A stretch of 64,000 nucleotides of DNA from Candidatus Latescibacterota bacterium (GTDB lineage Bacteria; Latescibacterota; UBA2968; GCA-2709665): contig OZ252100.1 of assembly GCA_965248435.1 (NCBI GenBank), forward strand, positions 3,392,001-3,456,000, read 5' to 3'. Below are positions 38,398-46,914 of this stretch, piece by piece. The notes beneath the pieces were generated by a model. That model did not search any database. It was not told the DNA's origin and saw only the letters and a program-made list of their open reading frames with translations. Numbering within the stretch: the stretch's first letter is position 1; every line of letters begins with the position of its first letter. The translations under genes were made by a program, and so were the position numbers.

Positions 38398-39828
38398 CTA
38401 CCTCCCGCCCTCGAGGATGTCGCGGACGATGTCGCTGGTTGAACTGCCTTCCACAAGGGGCACGGTGGCCACCTGACCGCCTGCAGCCTCCACCTCCTCA
38501 CGGCCTACGATCTGGTCTTTGTCGTAGTCGCCGCCTTTGACGAGGGTATCGGGCATCAGCGTTTTGATCAGGTCTATGGGCGTATCTTCTTCGAAGACGC
38601 AGATGTGGTCCACGGCAGTCAGGCCGGCGAGGACCGTGGCCCTGTCCTCGACAGAGAGGATGGGCCGCCCCTTGCCTTTCAGGCGGCGGACGGAGTCGTC
38701 GCTGTTGAGTCCCAGGAAGAGCACGTCCCCGAACGCCTTGGCCTTCTGGAGGTAGGTGACGTGACCTCCGTGTAAAAGGTCGAAACAGCCGTTGGTGAAG
38801 ACCGAACTGGCTCCGAGGGATTTCAGGTTTTGTCGGATCTCGACCGCACGATCCTGGGAGACGAGCTTCTTCCGTGCGGTTTCTGACGGATCCCCCAACG
38901 CCTCGGCAAGCGCCGCTGCCAGCAGGGGGAGGAGAAATTCGTGATGTCCCGTGAACGCGTAACCCCTCCCGCCTTTGAGCGTGGGTCTCTGCACCACGTT
39001 GACCCGTGGACGGTAGTGCTGGATCATGTCGAAATTCGCGGTGATGAATCCCGAGGGAGTACTCTTGAGATTGCGGGCGACGGTGAGCGCCTTCAGGAAG
39101 ACTTCGGGCAGGAGGACTGCCGAACCGATGTTCACGTATGCGCCGCCCTCCAGGCTTGCCACGACCGAACATAGGGTGCGAAAGTCGTCATACGAGGCCC
39201 GGCCGATCGCGGCCCCGTCGGCGGTCGGATGCTGGTGGACGATGTCGGTCCCGACGGCGACGTGGACGGTGGCGGGGAGCCCCAGCTCGAAGGCGGTGGC
39301 CAGGAGGCTCTTCCCCCTGAAAGGCAGATCCTGCTCGACGATTCTGCGGCCCAGGGCGGCGCCGTAGCCGGTGTCAACATCGTGCGCGGCGCCGTTTACG
39401 AATTCCCCCGTTTCGCGCGCCATTCCGAAGGACCCATCCTCCAGACCTTCGGCCACGTCTTCCGATGTGTTTCCGGACAGCGCGATTTCCACGTCGTGGA
39501 TCGCCGTGGCGCCGTTCATCGCCAGGGCGGAGATCCAGCCTCGGTGCATCGCGTCGATCAGGATGGGACTCAGGCCGCATTTTACGACGTGCCCGCCGAC
39601 GCCAAAGAGGACCGTCTTCTCTAAACGAACCGCATCTGAAAGGTCGCGTACGAAGCTTCTGAATTCGGCGCCGGCCAGGATCTCGGGCAGGCCGATCAAG
39701 AAACCGCGAAAAGAGGCCCCTGACGCAGACGAACGTGCAAAGCCTGCCGTGGAGACCTTGCTGGCGCGCGCATCGAGAGGTCGCGTCTTGACGTCAGACA
39801 GGTCGAGGGGCTCGAACTTTCTTTTCAC
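38398..39828 (-). CDS. Fusion of a deoxyhypusine-synthase-fold domain with heptose-1-phosphate adenylyltransferase (RfaE domain II / HldC)
   Basis: C-terminal VFTNGCFDLLHGGHV.YL..AK..GD.L..GLNSD.SVRRLKG..RP, KGGDY, SSTS; N-terminal ~310 aa DHS-like. Confidence 0.8.
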   Translation of the reverse strand: MKRKFEPLDLSDVKTRPLDARASKVSTAGFARSSASGASFRGFLIGLPEILAGAEFRSFVRDLSDAVRLEKTVLFGVGGHVVKCGLSPILIDAMHRGWISALAMNGATAIHDVEIALSGNTSEDVAEGLEDGSFGMARETGEFVNGAAHDVDTGYGAALGRRIVEQDLPFRGKSLLATAFELGLPATVHVAVGTDIVHQHPTADGAAIGRASYDDFRTLCSVVASLEGGAYVNIGSAVLLPEVFLKALTVARNLKSTPSGFITANFDMIQHYRPRVNVVQRPTLKGGRGYAFTGHHEFLLPLLAAALAEALGDPSETARKKLVSQDRAVEIRQNLKSLGASSVFTNGCFDLLHGGHVTYLQKAKAFGDVLFLGLNSDDSVRRLKGKGRPILSVEDRATVLAGLTAVDHICVFEEDTPIDLIKTLMPDTLVKGGDYDKDQIVGREEVEAAGGQVATVPLVEGSSTSDIVRDILEGGR

Positions 39829-39852
39829 CGAACGTTCCTCTCAGCCGGCACT

Positions 39853-40446
39853 CTACAGCACACCCTTCGTAGAGGGGATACCGGATACTTCGGGATCTCG
39901 CCTGACGGCACTCCTCAATGCCCTGGCTACGGCCTTGAAGATGGCCTCCACTTCGTGGTGGGCGTTCGAGCCCCTCACGAGGTCGACGTGCAGGTTGATC
40001 ATAGCGTGATCTGCGAGCGCGCGGAAGAATTCCTGGGCGAGTGCCGCAGGGAACGCACCTACTGTTTCTTCTGACAGGGTGACATCGTAGACAAGATAGG
40101 GCCTTCCTGAAACGTCCACGACCGCCCGCGCAAGCGTTTCGTCCATGGGGACGTAACTCTGCCCGAAACGTGTGATGCCGGCCTTGTCTCCCAAGGCTTG
40201 CGCGAGCGCCTGTCCCGCGCAGATGCCGATGTCTTCCACGGTATGGTGCGCGTCGACCTCCAGGTCACCCGAACAGGTCAGCTGGAGGTCGAAGAGCGCG
40301 TGCCGCGCAAAAGTCGTGAGCATGTGGTCGAAGAATCCGATACCGGTTTTGCCGCGGCAAAGACCGGCACCATCCAGGGTTAGAGACAGGTCTATGTCGG
40401 TTTCGGTGGTCTTTCGCTTGACGCGCGCCGTACGTGGGCTGGACAT
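39853..40446 (-). CDS. hisB: Imidazoleglycerol-phosphate dehydratase
   Basis: RKTTETDI, TGIGFFDHML, DAHHTVED, PMDE, NAHHEVEAIFKA, PSTKGVL. Confidence 0.97.
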   Translation of the reverse strand: MSSPRTARVKRKTTETDIDLSLTLDGAGLCRGKTGIGFFDHMLTTFARHALFDLQLTCSGDLEVDAHHTVEDIGICAGQALAQALGDKAGITRFGQSYVPMDETLARAVVDVSGRPYLVYDVTLSEETVGAFPAALAQEFFRALADHAMINLHVDLVRGSNAHHEVEAIFKAVARALRSAVRRDPEVSGIPSTKGVL

Positions 40447-40457
40447 GAGGAACCTCT

Positions 40458-41561
40458 CTAACTCTCTTTGAGCGCTGTTTTGAGCGCAGAGAGAAATCGG
40501 TCGTTCTCCTCCGGCGTGCCGATGCTCACCCTGAGCCCGCGGGAGAGCAGGGGATAGCCGGTGACATCGCGGATGAGTACGCCCTGCTCGACCAGACTGT
40601 TGAAGACCCGCTTGGGTTCGGAGACCTCGAAAAGGATGAAGTTGGCGCTCGAAGGATAAACGCTTAGCCCTTCTGTATCCTGGAGGGCCTTAAAGACCCT
40701 GTCACGCTCGCTGCAGATGGCGGCGACTCGCTCTTTGAAGAGGTCCTTGTGCTTCAGGATCTCCAAAGCCGCCGCGTGCGAAAAGAGGTTGACGTCAAAG
40801 GGCACTTTTCCTTTCAGGATCTCGCGCGTCAGCTCGGGATGGGCCAGCAGGTAGCCGATTCGGATCCCAGCAGACGCGAACGCTTTGGAAAGCGTTTTCA
40901 AGACGATGAGGTTGGCGTGCTCTGCGAGCAGGTCGACAGCGGTGCTCCGGTTGAACTCACCGTAGGCCTCATCGACCAGGACCAGGGCGTCGGTCTCCTC
41001 GAGGATGGACCCGAGGTCCTCGTTCGACAGCGTGCATCCGGTTGGGCTGTGAGGCGAGCAGAAGAGCATCACGTGCGCCTTTTCCCGAACGGCGGCGGCG
41101 CTGATAGCGGGAATATCGAAGGTGAACCCCTGAGCGAGGTCGACCGATATGATGTTTCCACCGAAGATCCGAGCGTAGAGTCCATACAGTGAGAAACTGG
41201 GTGATGGGATGACCACGGGAGTCCCCGGTCCGACGCTGACGGCCAGGACGAGCTGGAGCAGGGTGTTGGAGCCGTTGCAGACGATCAGTCCTTCAGGATC
41301 CCAGCCCACGTGCTGTGCCAGCGCACTCACGAGGTCCATCGGCATGGGTGCAGGATAACGCGACCAGGGGCGCGCCTGGACGGACTCCAGGATCTGCCGC
41401 TTTAGATCGTCCGGCACGTCGAAAGGACTCTCGTTCTGGTTCAGCTTCACGGCGCTGTCGTGGGTCTCGAGGTGATAGCCGTCGATCGCACGAACTTCAG
41501 GTTTAATTCGGTTCAATGGGGACGATTTCAAGTCTGTTCCCAACATTAGAAGGTTCTTCAC
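40458..41561 (-). CDS. hisC: Histidinol-phosphate aminotransferase
   Basis: KLNQNESP, RYP, NGS, VDEAY.EF, KTLSKAF..AGIRIGY, RVSIGTPEEN; start uncertain. Confidence 0.92.
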   Translation of the reverse strand: MKNLLMLGTDLKSSPLNRIKPEVRAIDGYHLETHDSAVKLNQNESPFDVPDDLKRQILESVQARPWSRYPAPMPMDLVSALAQHVGWDPEGLIVCNGSNTLLQLVLAVSVGPGTPVVIPSPSFSLYGLYARIFGGNIISVDLAQGFTFDIPAISAAAVREKAHVMLFCSPHSPTGCTLSNEDLGSILEETDALVLVDEAYGEFNRSTAVDLLAEHANLIVLKTLSKAFASAGIRIGYLLAHPELTREILKGKVPFDVNLFSHAAALEILKHKDLFKERVAAICSERDRVFKALQDTEGLSVYPSSANFILFEVSEPKRVFNSLVEQGVLIRDVTGYPLLSRGLRVSIGTPEENDRFLSALKTALKES

Positions 41562-41667
41562 CCAACTTCGGGTTGGGCGTAGCAGATTACGACGAGAGAA
41601 TATTCATCCTTTTGAATCCCTAAGCCCTTCGCCCGACCCCACAACCCTATGCCTCCGGCGGCCGCAC

Positions 41668-41705
41668 AATTGCGGATTGCGGATTTGGGATTGCGGAATG
41701 AAAGG
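41668..41705 (+). repeat. 38-bp heptamer-periodic repeat, copy 1
   Basis: AATTGCGGATTGCGGATTTGGGATTGCGGAATGAAAGG, identical to 50327-50364. Confidence 0.9.
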
Positions 41706-41854
41706 CAGAAGGACGTGCTTCTCGAAGCGGCTGTTTGCAAGGGAGTCGCACACCGCGGCCCCGATGGCTTAGAGCGATTCTTTTCGCAAGTTTCAAAGAC
41801 GCCCGATTTAGCGAAGAATCTGCTAGGTTTCACGGGACGCCTTGTTTCTCAGCG

Positions 41855-43156
41855 CTACTTCTGCTGCCGGACCCGAATGGCATTGGCGTGGGCATCGAGA
41901 CCTTCCGCCTCAGCCAGCGCGATGATGTGGCCTGCGGTTTTTCGAAGTCTCCGGTCCGTATAAGAAACGACATTGATCGTTTTGAGAAACGTCTCGACTC
42001 CGACCGAAGAAGCGAATCTTGCTGCTCCGACGGTCGGCAGGATATGGTTCGTGCCGGCGTAGTAGTCGCCCACGGGCTCCGAGGAGGCCGGGCCGAGGAA
42101 GACTGCACCTGCGTTTCTAATCGCTTCGAGGTGCTGCCAGGGATCTTCCACGAGCAGTTCGATATGTTCGGGAGCGATCTGGTTCGACAGATCGATGCCT
42201 TCAGCGAGGTCCTCTACGACGACGATGGCGCCGAAGGCGTCCAATGCCTTTTGGATTGCGTCCCGATGTGCCAGGTCGGTCAACTGTCGCTGAGTTTCCT
42301 CATCCACCTGTCGTGCGAGGTCCCGCGAAGGGGTGATGCAGATCGAGGCCTCGAAGCCGCTGCCGTGTTCCGCCTGAGAGAGGAGGTCTGCCGCCACGTG
42401 ACGAGGATCGGCCGAGTCGTCTGCAAGGACGACGATCTCACTCGGGCCGGCGATCATGTCGACTCCGACTGTCCCGAAGACGATCTTCTTCGCGATCTGC
42501 ACCGCTGGGTGCCCGGGGCCGACGAGCTTGTCCACCCTGGGAATGGTTTCCGTACCGTAAGCCAGTGCTGCTACCGCCTGCGCGCCGAAGACGCGGTAGA
42601 TCTCGTTCAGGCCCAGGATGTGTGCAGCCGCGAGGACCACAGGATGTACCGACCCGTCTTCTCGGGGAGGTGTAGCCACGCACAGGTGGGGCACGCCGGC
42701 AATCTGGGCCGGGATGACGCCCATCAGGAGCGTGGAAAAGAGCGGCGCGCTGGCACCCGGGATGAGGATCGCGGCCCGGTCGATGGGCAGGACGCGCTTC
42801 CCCAGGGAAACCCCGTCGCCGTCTTCGATGAACCAGGAGGTCTCCCGATGAGATTCGTGAAACCGACGGATGTTGTCGGCTGCCGCTTTGAGGATTTCAA
42901 CGAGGCCGACGTCGGCATCCCGGTAGGCTGCTTCGATTTCGCTTTCTGAAACCCGGAGGTCCTCCTCGCCGAGCAAAGCGCCGTCGAACTGCTGTGTGTA
43001 CTCGATGACGGCATCGTTTCCCCTGATTCGGACATCGGCAACAATTTCCCTGACCGCGGCCTCGAGCTCAGGGTCGTAGTCTGCAGTCCTTTCCAGAATA
43101 GTCTTGATCCGCTCGGGCATCCGATCACGCTTGTAGGTCACAACTTCCATGATCAA
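41855..43156 (-). CDS. hisD: Histidinol dehydrogenase
   Basis: GAQAVAALAYGTE, DMIAGPSE, DLLSQAEH, APEH, GDYYAGTNHILPT, EGLDAH. Confidence 0.97.
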   Translation of the reverse strand: MIMEVVTYKRDRMPERIKTILERTADYDPELEAAVREIVADVRIRGNDAVIEYTQQFDGALLGEEDLRVSESEIEAAYRDADVGLVEILKAAADNIRRFHESHRETSWFIEDGDGVSLGKRVLPIDRAAILIPGASAPLFSTLLMGVIPAQIAGVPHLCVATPPREDGSVHPVVLAAAHILGLNEIYRVFGAQAVAALAYGTETIPRVDKLVGPGHPAVQIAKKIVFGTVGVDMIAGPSEIVVLADDSADPRHVAADLLSQAEHGSGFEASICITPSRDLARQVDEETQRQLTDLAHRDAIQKALDAFGAIVVVEDLAEGIDLSNQIAPEHIELLVEDPWQHLEAIRNAGAVFLGPASSEPVGDYYAGTNHILPTVGAARFASSVGVETFLKTINVVSYTDRRLRKTAGHIIALAEAEGLDAHANAIRVRQQK

Positions 43157-44031
43157 TAGATCACTTTGTTGAGTGGATACTCGATGATTCCGGTGGCGCC
43201 CGCTTTGATAAGCGCCGGTATCACGTCCCTCACGATCTTTTCATCCAGGATGACTTCCACGGCGATCCATTGCTCGTCGAGCAGGTTGGATATCGTCGGA
43301 TTGTTGAGCGCGGGCAGGTGTTTCACGACCGCTTCGAGGTCGGCGCGTCGCACGTTCATCTTGAGACCGACCTTGGCTTCCGCCTCGAAGGCACCGACCA
43401 GCAAGGTGGCTATGTTCAAAGCCTTTTCCTTCTTCCAGGGGTCATCCCACGCCTGGCGATTCGCGATAAACCGCGGAGTGGACTCGAACAAAGTTTCTAT
43501 GACTCTGAGCCTGTTCGCGCGAAGTGAAGAGCCGGTCTCGGTCAGTTCCACGATCGCGTCCACGAGACCCGGAACCCTGACCTTGGCCTCCGTCGACCCC
43601 CAGGAGTATTCGACTTCGGCCTCCAACCCCTTTTCCTTGAGGAAGCGGCGCGTCATTCCTACGAGCTCCGTCGCGATTCGCGTTCCCTCGAGGTCCTGGA
43701 TCGTTTTTATGGGCGACTCGTCGGGGACGGCGATCACCCAACGCACGGGCTGGGCGGTGGACCTGCTGTAGCTCAGATCGGCGATTTCAACCACGTCGGC
43801 GTCGTTTTCGAGGATCCAGTCCTTGCCGGTCAAGCCCACGTCCAGCAGCCCCCGCTCGACGTAGTGAGCGATTTCTTCCGCGCGGAGGAGCAGGCCCTGC
43901 AGCTCTGGATCATCTATGGCAGGGGTATAAGACCTGGGGTTGATTCGGATCCGGTAGCCGGCCCTGGAGAAAAGCTGCAGAGTTGATTCCTGGAGGCTTC
44001 CAGAGGGAAGGCCGATTTTTAGCGAGGACAT
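43153..44031 (-). CDS. hisG: ATP phosphoribosyltransferase (long form)
   Basis: LKIGLP.GSL, DVGLTGKDW, RIAT, GSTE, DAIVELTETGSSLRANRL, C-terminal regulatory domain. Confidence 0.96.
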   Translation of the reverse strand: MSSLKIGLPSGSLQESTLQLFSRAGYRIRINPRSYTPAIDDPELQGLLLRAEEIAHYVERGLLDVGLTGKDWILENDADVVEIADLSYSRSTAQPVRWVIAVPDESPIKTIQDLEGTRIATELVGMTRRFLKEKGLEAEVEYSWGSTEAKVRVPGLVDAIVELTETGSSLRANRLRVIETLFESTPRFIANRQAWDDPWKKEKALNIATLLVGAFEAEAKVGLKMNVRRADLEAVVKHLPALNNPTISNLLDEQWIAVEVILDEKIVRDVIPALIKAGATGIIEYPLNKVIY

Positions 44032-44263
44032 GGTGGCTCCCGATCGTTACTGCAACGACGAGCTTCTCAACAGGTGTGGAACTGGATCGATACCTCTAAT
44101 CAGACAAGCGTCACGATTTCTTTAGTAGAGGAAGTCGTGCGGTTACCGGACGTCCGGATGGACGTGGTGGGAGGGAGCGATGGGGAGAGGGTCGTTGAGG
44201 CTCCGAATATCGGAATATGGGCAGAATCGATTCATGGTCCTGTGCAGAGTCAAAAAAGTGTGT

Positions 44264-45721
44264 TCATCCACGAGTCTGGCTTTCGAGAAATCCGATCAGT
44301 CCGTTCAGGGAGTTGTGAATTTCCCGGAAGTGCTTGTTCTCTTTGAAGTCGCGGATGAGTTCCCACCGATCGTAGGTGAAGGTATCTCTAGAGTATTCAC
44401 TGGGGTCATAGTAGAATTTCATCCCGAAACCGGTGATCTCCGCCGCCTCCTCTTCTTCCTTCGGGGGCTTCATCTCGGTCCGGACGATCTTTGAAAGGAT
44501 CTGGATCCTCATCGGGACTGCGGGTTCGTAGACCTCGGTCTCCCGATTAAACCTGAGCTTCGGATAGAAGTTGAGGAGATAACAGAGCCCCTCGAGGGCC
44601 TGGATCTTGTCCTCGACTGGCATCTCTTTGTGGTCTTCACCCAGCGCGTAATCGAGGAAGGCCTTCGACGCCGAGATCTTGACCCCCCCCACGCCGAAAT
44701 CGAGCATTTCAGCCCCGATTCCTGCCTCCTTTCGGATGTCTCCGCTCGTCCTGACCGTCATGTTCTCGGTCCCGACACGGGTGATTTCTGAAATCAGGTC
44801 GTAGTATTCGGTGGGGTGATCTGAGGAGATACGCGTATAAAAGCCCAGGACGATCGTGTCTCCGTCGCCCAGCCCAAATGGGTCATCCCGACTGCTGGAC
44901 ATGTTGGAAGGTTTCCGGATGTAGAATGTGCGGGAATCCTCCTTGGACGTTTCCAGACCCAGGACGTCTGATTTGTTCATCTCCAGAAGGGAAACCTTGT
45001 TTGATTTCTCGTCCATGTGAGGCTTTCCAACGAAGACGACTCGGCCATCCCTCGTGTTGGCCCTCAGGCCGTTTTTCATGAATTTGACGACATCCTCAGG
45101 CTCCTGACCGTTCAGGTCTGTATCGGTGTCGTAGGGTATCAACTGAAGTTCGCTGATGTTCGTGGGCAGGCTGCCTGTTTCCGGAAATTCCATGTCCGTT
45201 TTCGAGATGTAGAGATCGAAGAGGACCTGAGAGTAGACACGCATTCCGCCGTGTCCGGGCTTGTGGGAATACCGGAGAAACTGGCGTTTATCGCTCTTCC
45301 GGATGACCCCAATCGGTCTTACCGCGTAGCCCGTCGGGAGTCGGGGGTCAAGATCTCCCCGGATCTCATTGGGGAAATTGATCCGCCCCATCACGCGGCA
45401 GTCCAGGGTGTGCGGAATACGGTTGTGCAGGAACCAGAGGTGGACAATCTCGTCTTTCCCCTTGAAGAAGGACTGATTATCCTCGGCCTTGATGGCGTCG
45501 GGCGTGCTGATATAGAAGGCCTTGTTTTGAACGAGGGGCTTCTCGCCGTGCTTGAAAATGAAGGCCCGGCCCAGGTCCTCGGTAGATTCCTCCCCCTCTG
45601 GGGTCTTCAGGAGGCTGCAGTTGGCCGAGCTTGGCTCCATGTCGACCAGCTTTTCGAGGATGCTGTCGACCGAGGGTTTTTTTCGCCCTCCTGCACCCTT
45701 TTTGAATGGGTTGAATGGCAT
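44264..45721 (-). CDS. Hypothetical protein, putative split PilZ/YcgR-like protein (paralog B)
   Basis: RQFLR and DFGVGG motifs; aligns along its length with 9198-10637; start set at ATG 45721 because the ORF-track TTG is the promoter -35 box. Confidence 0.6.
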   Translation of the reverse strand: MPFNPFKKGAGGRKKPSVDSILEKLVDMEPSSANCSLLKTPEGEESTEDLGRAFIFKHGEKPLVQNKAFYISTPDAIKAEDNQSFFKGKDEIVHLWFLHNRIPHTLDCRVMGRINFPNEIRGDLDPRLPTGYAVRPIGVIRKSDKRQFLRYSHKPGHGGMRVYSQVLFDLYISKTDMEFPETGSLPTNISELQLIPYDTDTDLNGQEPEDVVKFMKNGLRANTRDGRVVFVGKPHMDEKSNKVSLLEMNKSDVLGLETSKEDSRTFYIRKPSNMSSSRDDPFGLGDGDTIVLGFYTRISSDHPTEYYDLISEITRVGTENMTVRTSGDIRKEAGIGAEMLDFGVGGVKISASKAFLDYALGEDHKEMPVEDKIQALEGLCYLLNFYPKLRFNRETEVYEPAVPMRIQILSKIVRTEMKPPKEEEEAAEITGFGMKFYYDPSEYSRDTFTYDRWELIRDFKENKHFREIHNSLNGLIGFLESQTRG

Positions 45722-45779
45722 TACATCTGTCCCAAGTTCCGAATCTATACGGGCATACGTCAACCGAGGGTATTTGTAA

Positions 45780-45808
45780 ACCTTACAATAATATATATCG
45801 TTTGTCAA
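45780..45808 (-). promoter_or_regulatory. sigma70 promoter for paralog B
   Basis: TTGACA-17bp-TAAGGT. Confidence 0.6.
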
Positions 45809-45830
45809 TCACAAACTTTGAGCGATAATG

Positions 45831-45859
45831 TTGACAAACATGGGGCTCGGGTTTAAGTT
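45831..45859 (+). promoter_or_regulatory. sigma70 promoter for the phosphoesterase-uvrC operon
   Basis: TTGACA-17bp-TAAGTT. Confidence 0.6.
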
Positions 45860-45941
45860 TCGAGACGCGCGACCCCGTAAACGGAGCGCTTACGTAGAAG
45901 CCCCAAGACCTGAAAAAGCTGATACCTGGAGACGATTCGGG

Positions 45942-46433
45942 ATGTCGAACCTGGTCGGCCTGGTGGCCGATACCCACGACAACAGGGATTCTGTGGAGAA
46001 GGCGGTGGCCCTGTTCAATGCCAAAGGTGTGGGTCTCGTGCTCCACGCGGGGGATTTCATCGCTCCGTTCAACGCCAGGTGGATGGCCGATCTCAGGGCG
46101 CCAATGATCGGGGTTTTCGGGAACAATGACGGTGAGCGGTTCGGGCTGCAGGCCCAGTTCGAGAAGATCGGGCCGATCCACCGACCCCCCTATCGGTTTG
46201 AAACCCACGGGAAGCGGATACTGTTGATGCACGAACCTGATGAAATCAATGCACTTACAGAAAGCGGAGCCTACGATGTGATCGTCTACGGACACCTTCA
46301 CGAGATCGACGTTCGCCCCCAGGGACCGACACTCGTCGTGAATCCAGGGGAGGCCGGGGGCTGGACGACGGGCCGGACGACCGTAGGTCTGCTCGATCTG
46401 GATTCACTTTCTGTCGACATCCTCGATCTGTGA
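45942..46433 (+). CDS. YfcE/Vps29-family metallophosphoesterase
   Basis: DTHDN, HAGD, GNND, MH, GHLH, NPG; GGAG RBS before ATG 45942. Confidence 0.9.
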   Translation: MSNLVGLVADTHDNRDSVEKAVALFNAKGVGLVLHAGDFIAPFNARWMADLRAPMIGVFGNNDGERFGLQAQFEKIGPIHRPPYRFETHGKRILLMHEPDEINALTESGAYDVIVYGHLHEIDVRPQGPTLVVNPGEAGGWTTGRTTVGLLDLDSLSVDILDL

Positions 46434-46452
46434 TTGGGGTGGCCGATGCGGG

Positions 46453-46914
46453 GTGTGTGTGTGGTCTATCCACGAGCTTAGACGTGCTGTGATAGGTCTG
46501 TTGCCCTGGCGACGGCGGAACCCACGCAGGGCTCGGCGGTTCAGCGGCAGAAGGACCGCGGGACTCGAAACCGCTGCTGAAGCCTACCATCGGTCCGTGA
46601 AGTGGGGCGATCGGTTGACTCGGTATGCGAACGAACCTGTGGATGTGCCGCCTTATGAGGTGGGGGCACTGAAGGGAGAGCGGCCGCCGCACCGGCTTCG
46701 GTGGCGGGGCCGGTGGTATCGGCTCGGGGGAGAGACCGCCTCGTGGAAAGACGGACGAAAGCCGGTGAGGGGAAGGCCGGAGTACGGGCGTCTGTATTTC
46801 CTGGTCGAAACGGAACGGAACGGGTTTTTTCAGATCTACTTCGAACGATCCGACAAGCGAAGAGGAACGGGCAAATGGGTTCTCTACCGGCGGACACAAC
46901 TCCGACCCGCGTAA
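46453..46914 (+). CDS. DUF6504-like small protein
   Basis: NEPVDV...P.RLRWRGRWY......W.....YF.V.T....FQIYF.R....W.L pattern; start uncertain. Confidence 0.6.
   Translation: MCVWSIHELRRAVIGLLPWRRRNPRRARRFSGRRTAGLETAAEAYHRSVKWGDRLTRYANEPVDVPPYEVGALKGERPPHRLRWRGRWYRLGGETASWKDGRKPVRGRPEYGRLYFLVETERNGFFQIYFERSDKRRGTGKWVLYRRTQLRPA

Noticed and set aside
41558-41833. 91-aa ORF between hisD and hisC
   Set aside because: It contains the translated repeat (FRNPKSAIRN), has no clear SD and resembles no His enzyme. The GTGA overlap with hisC depends on an uncertain hisC start.
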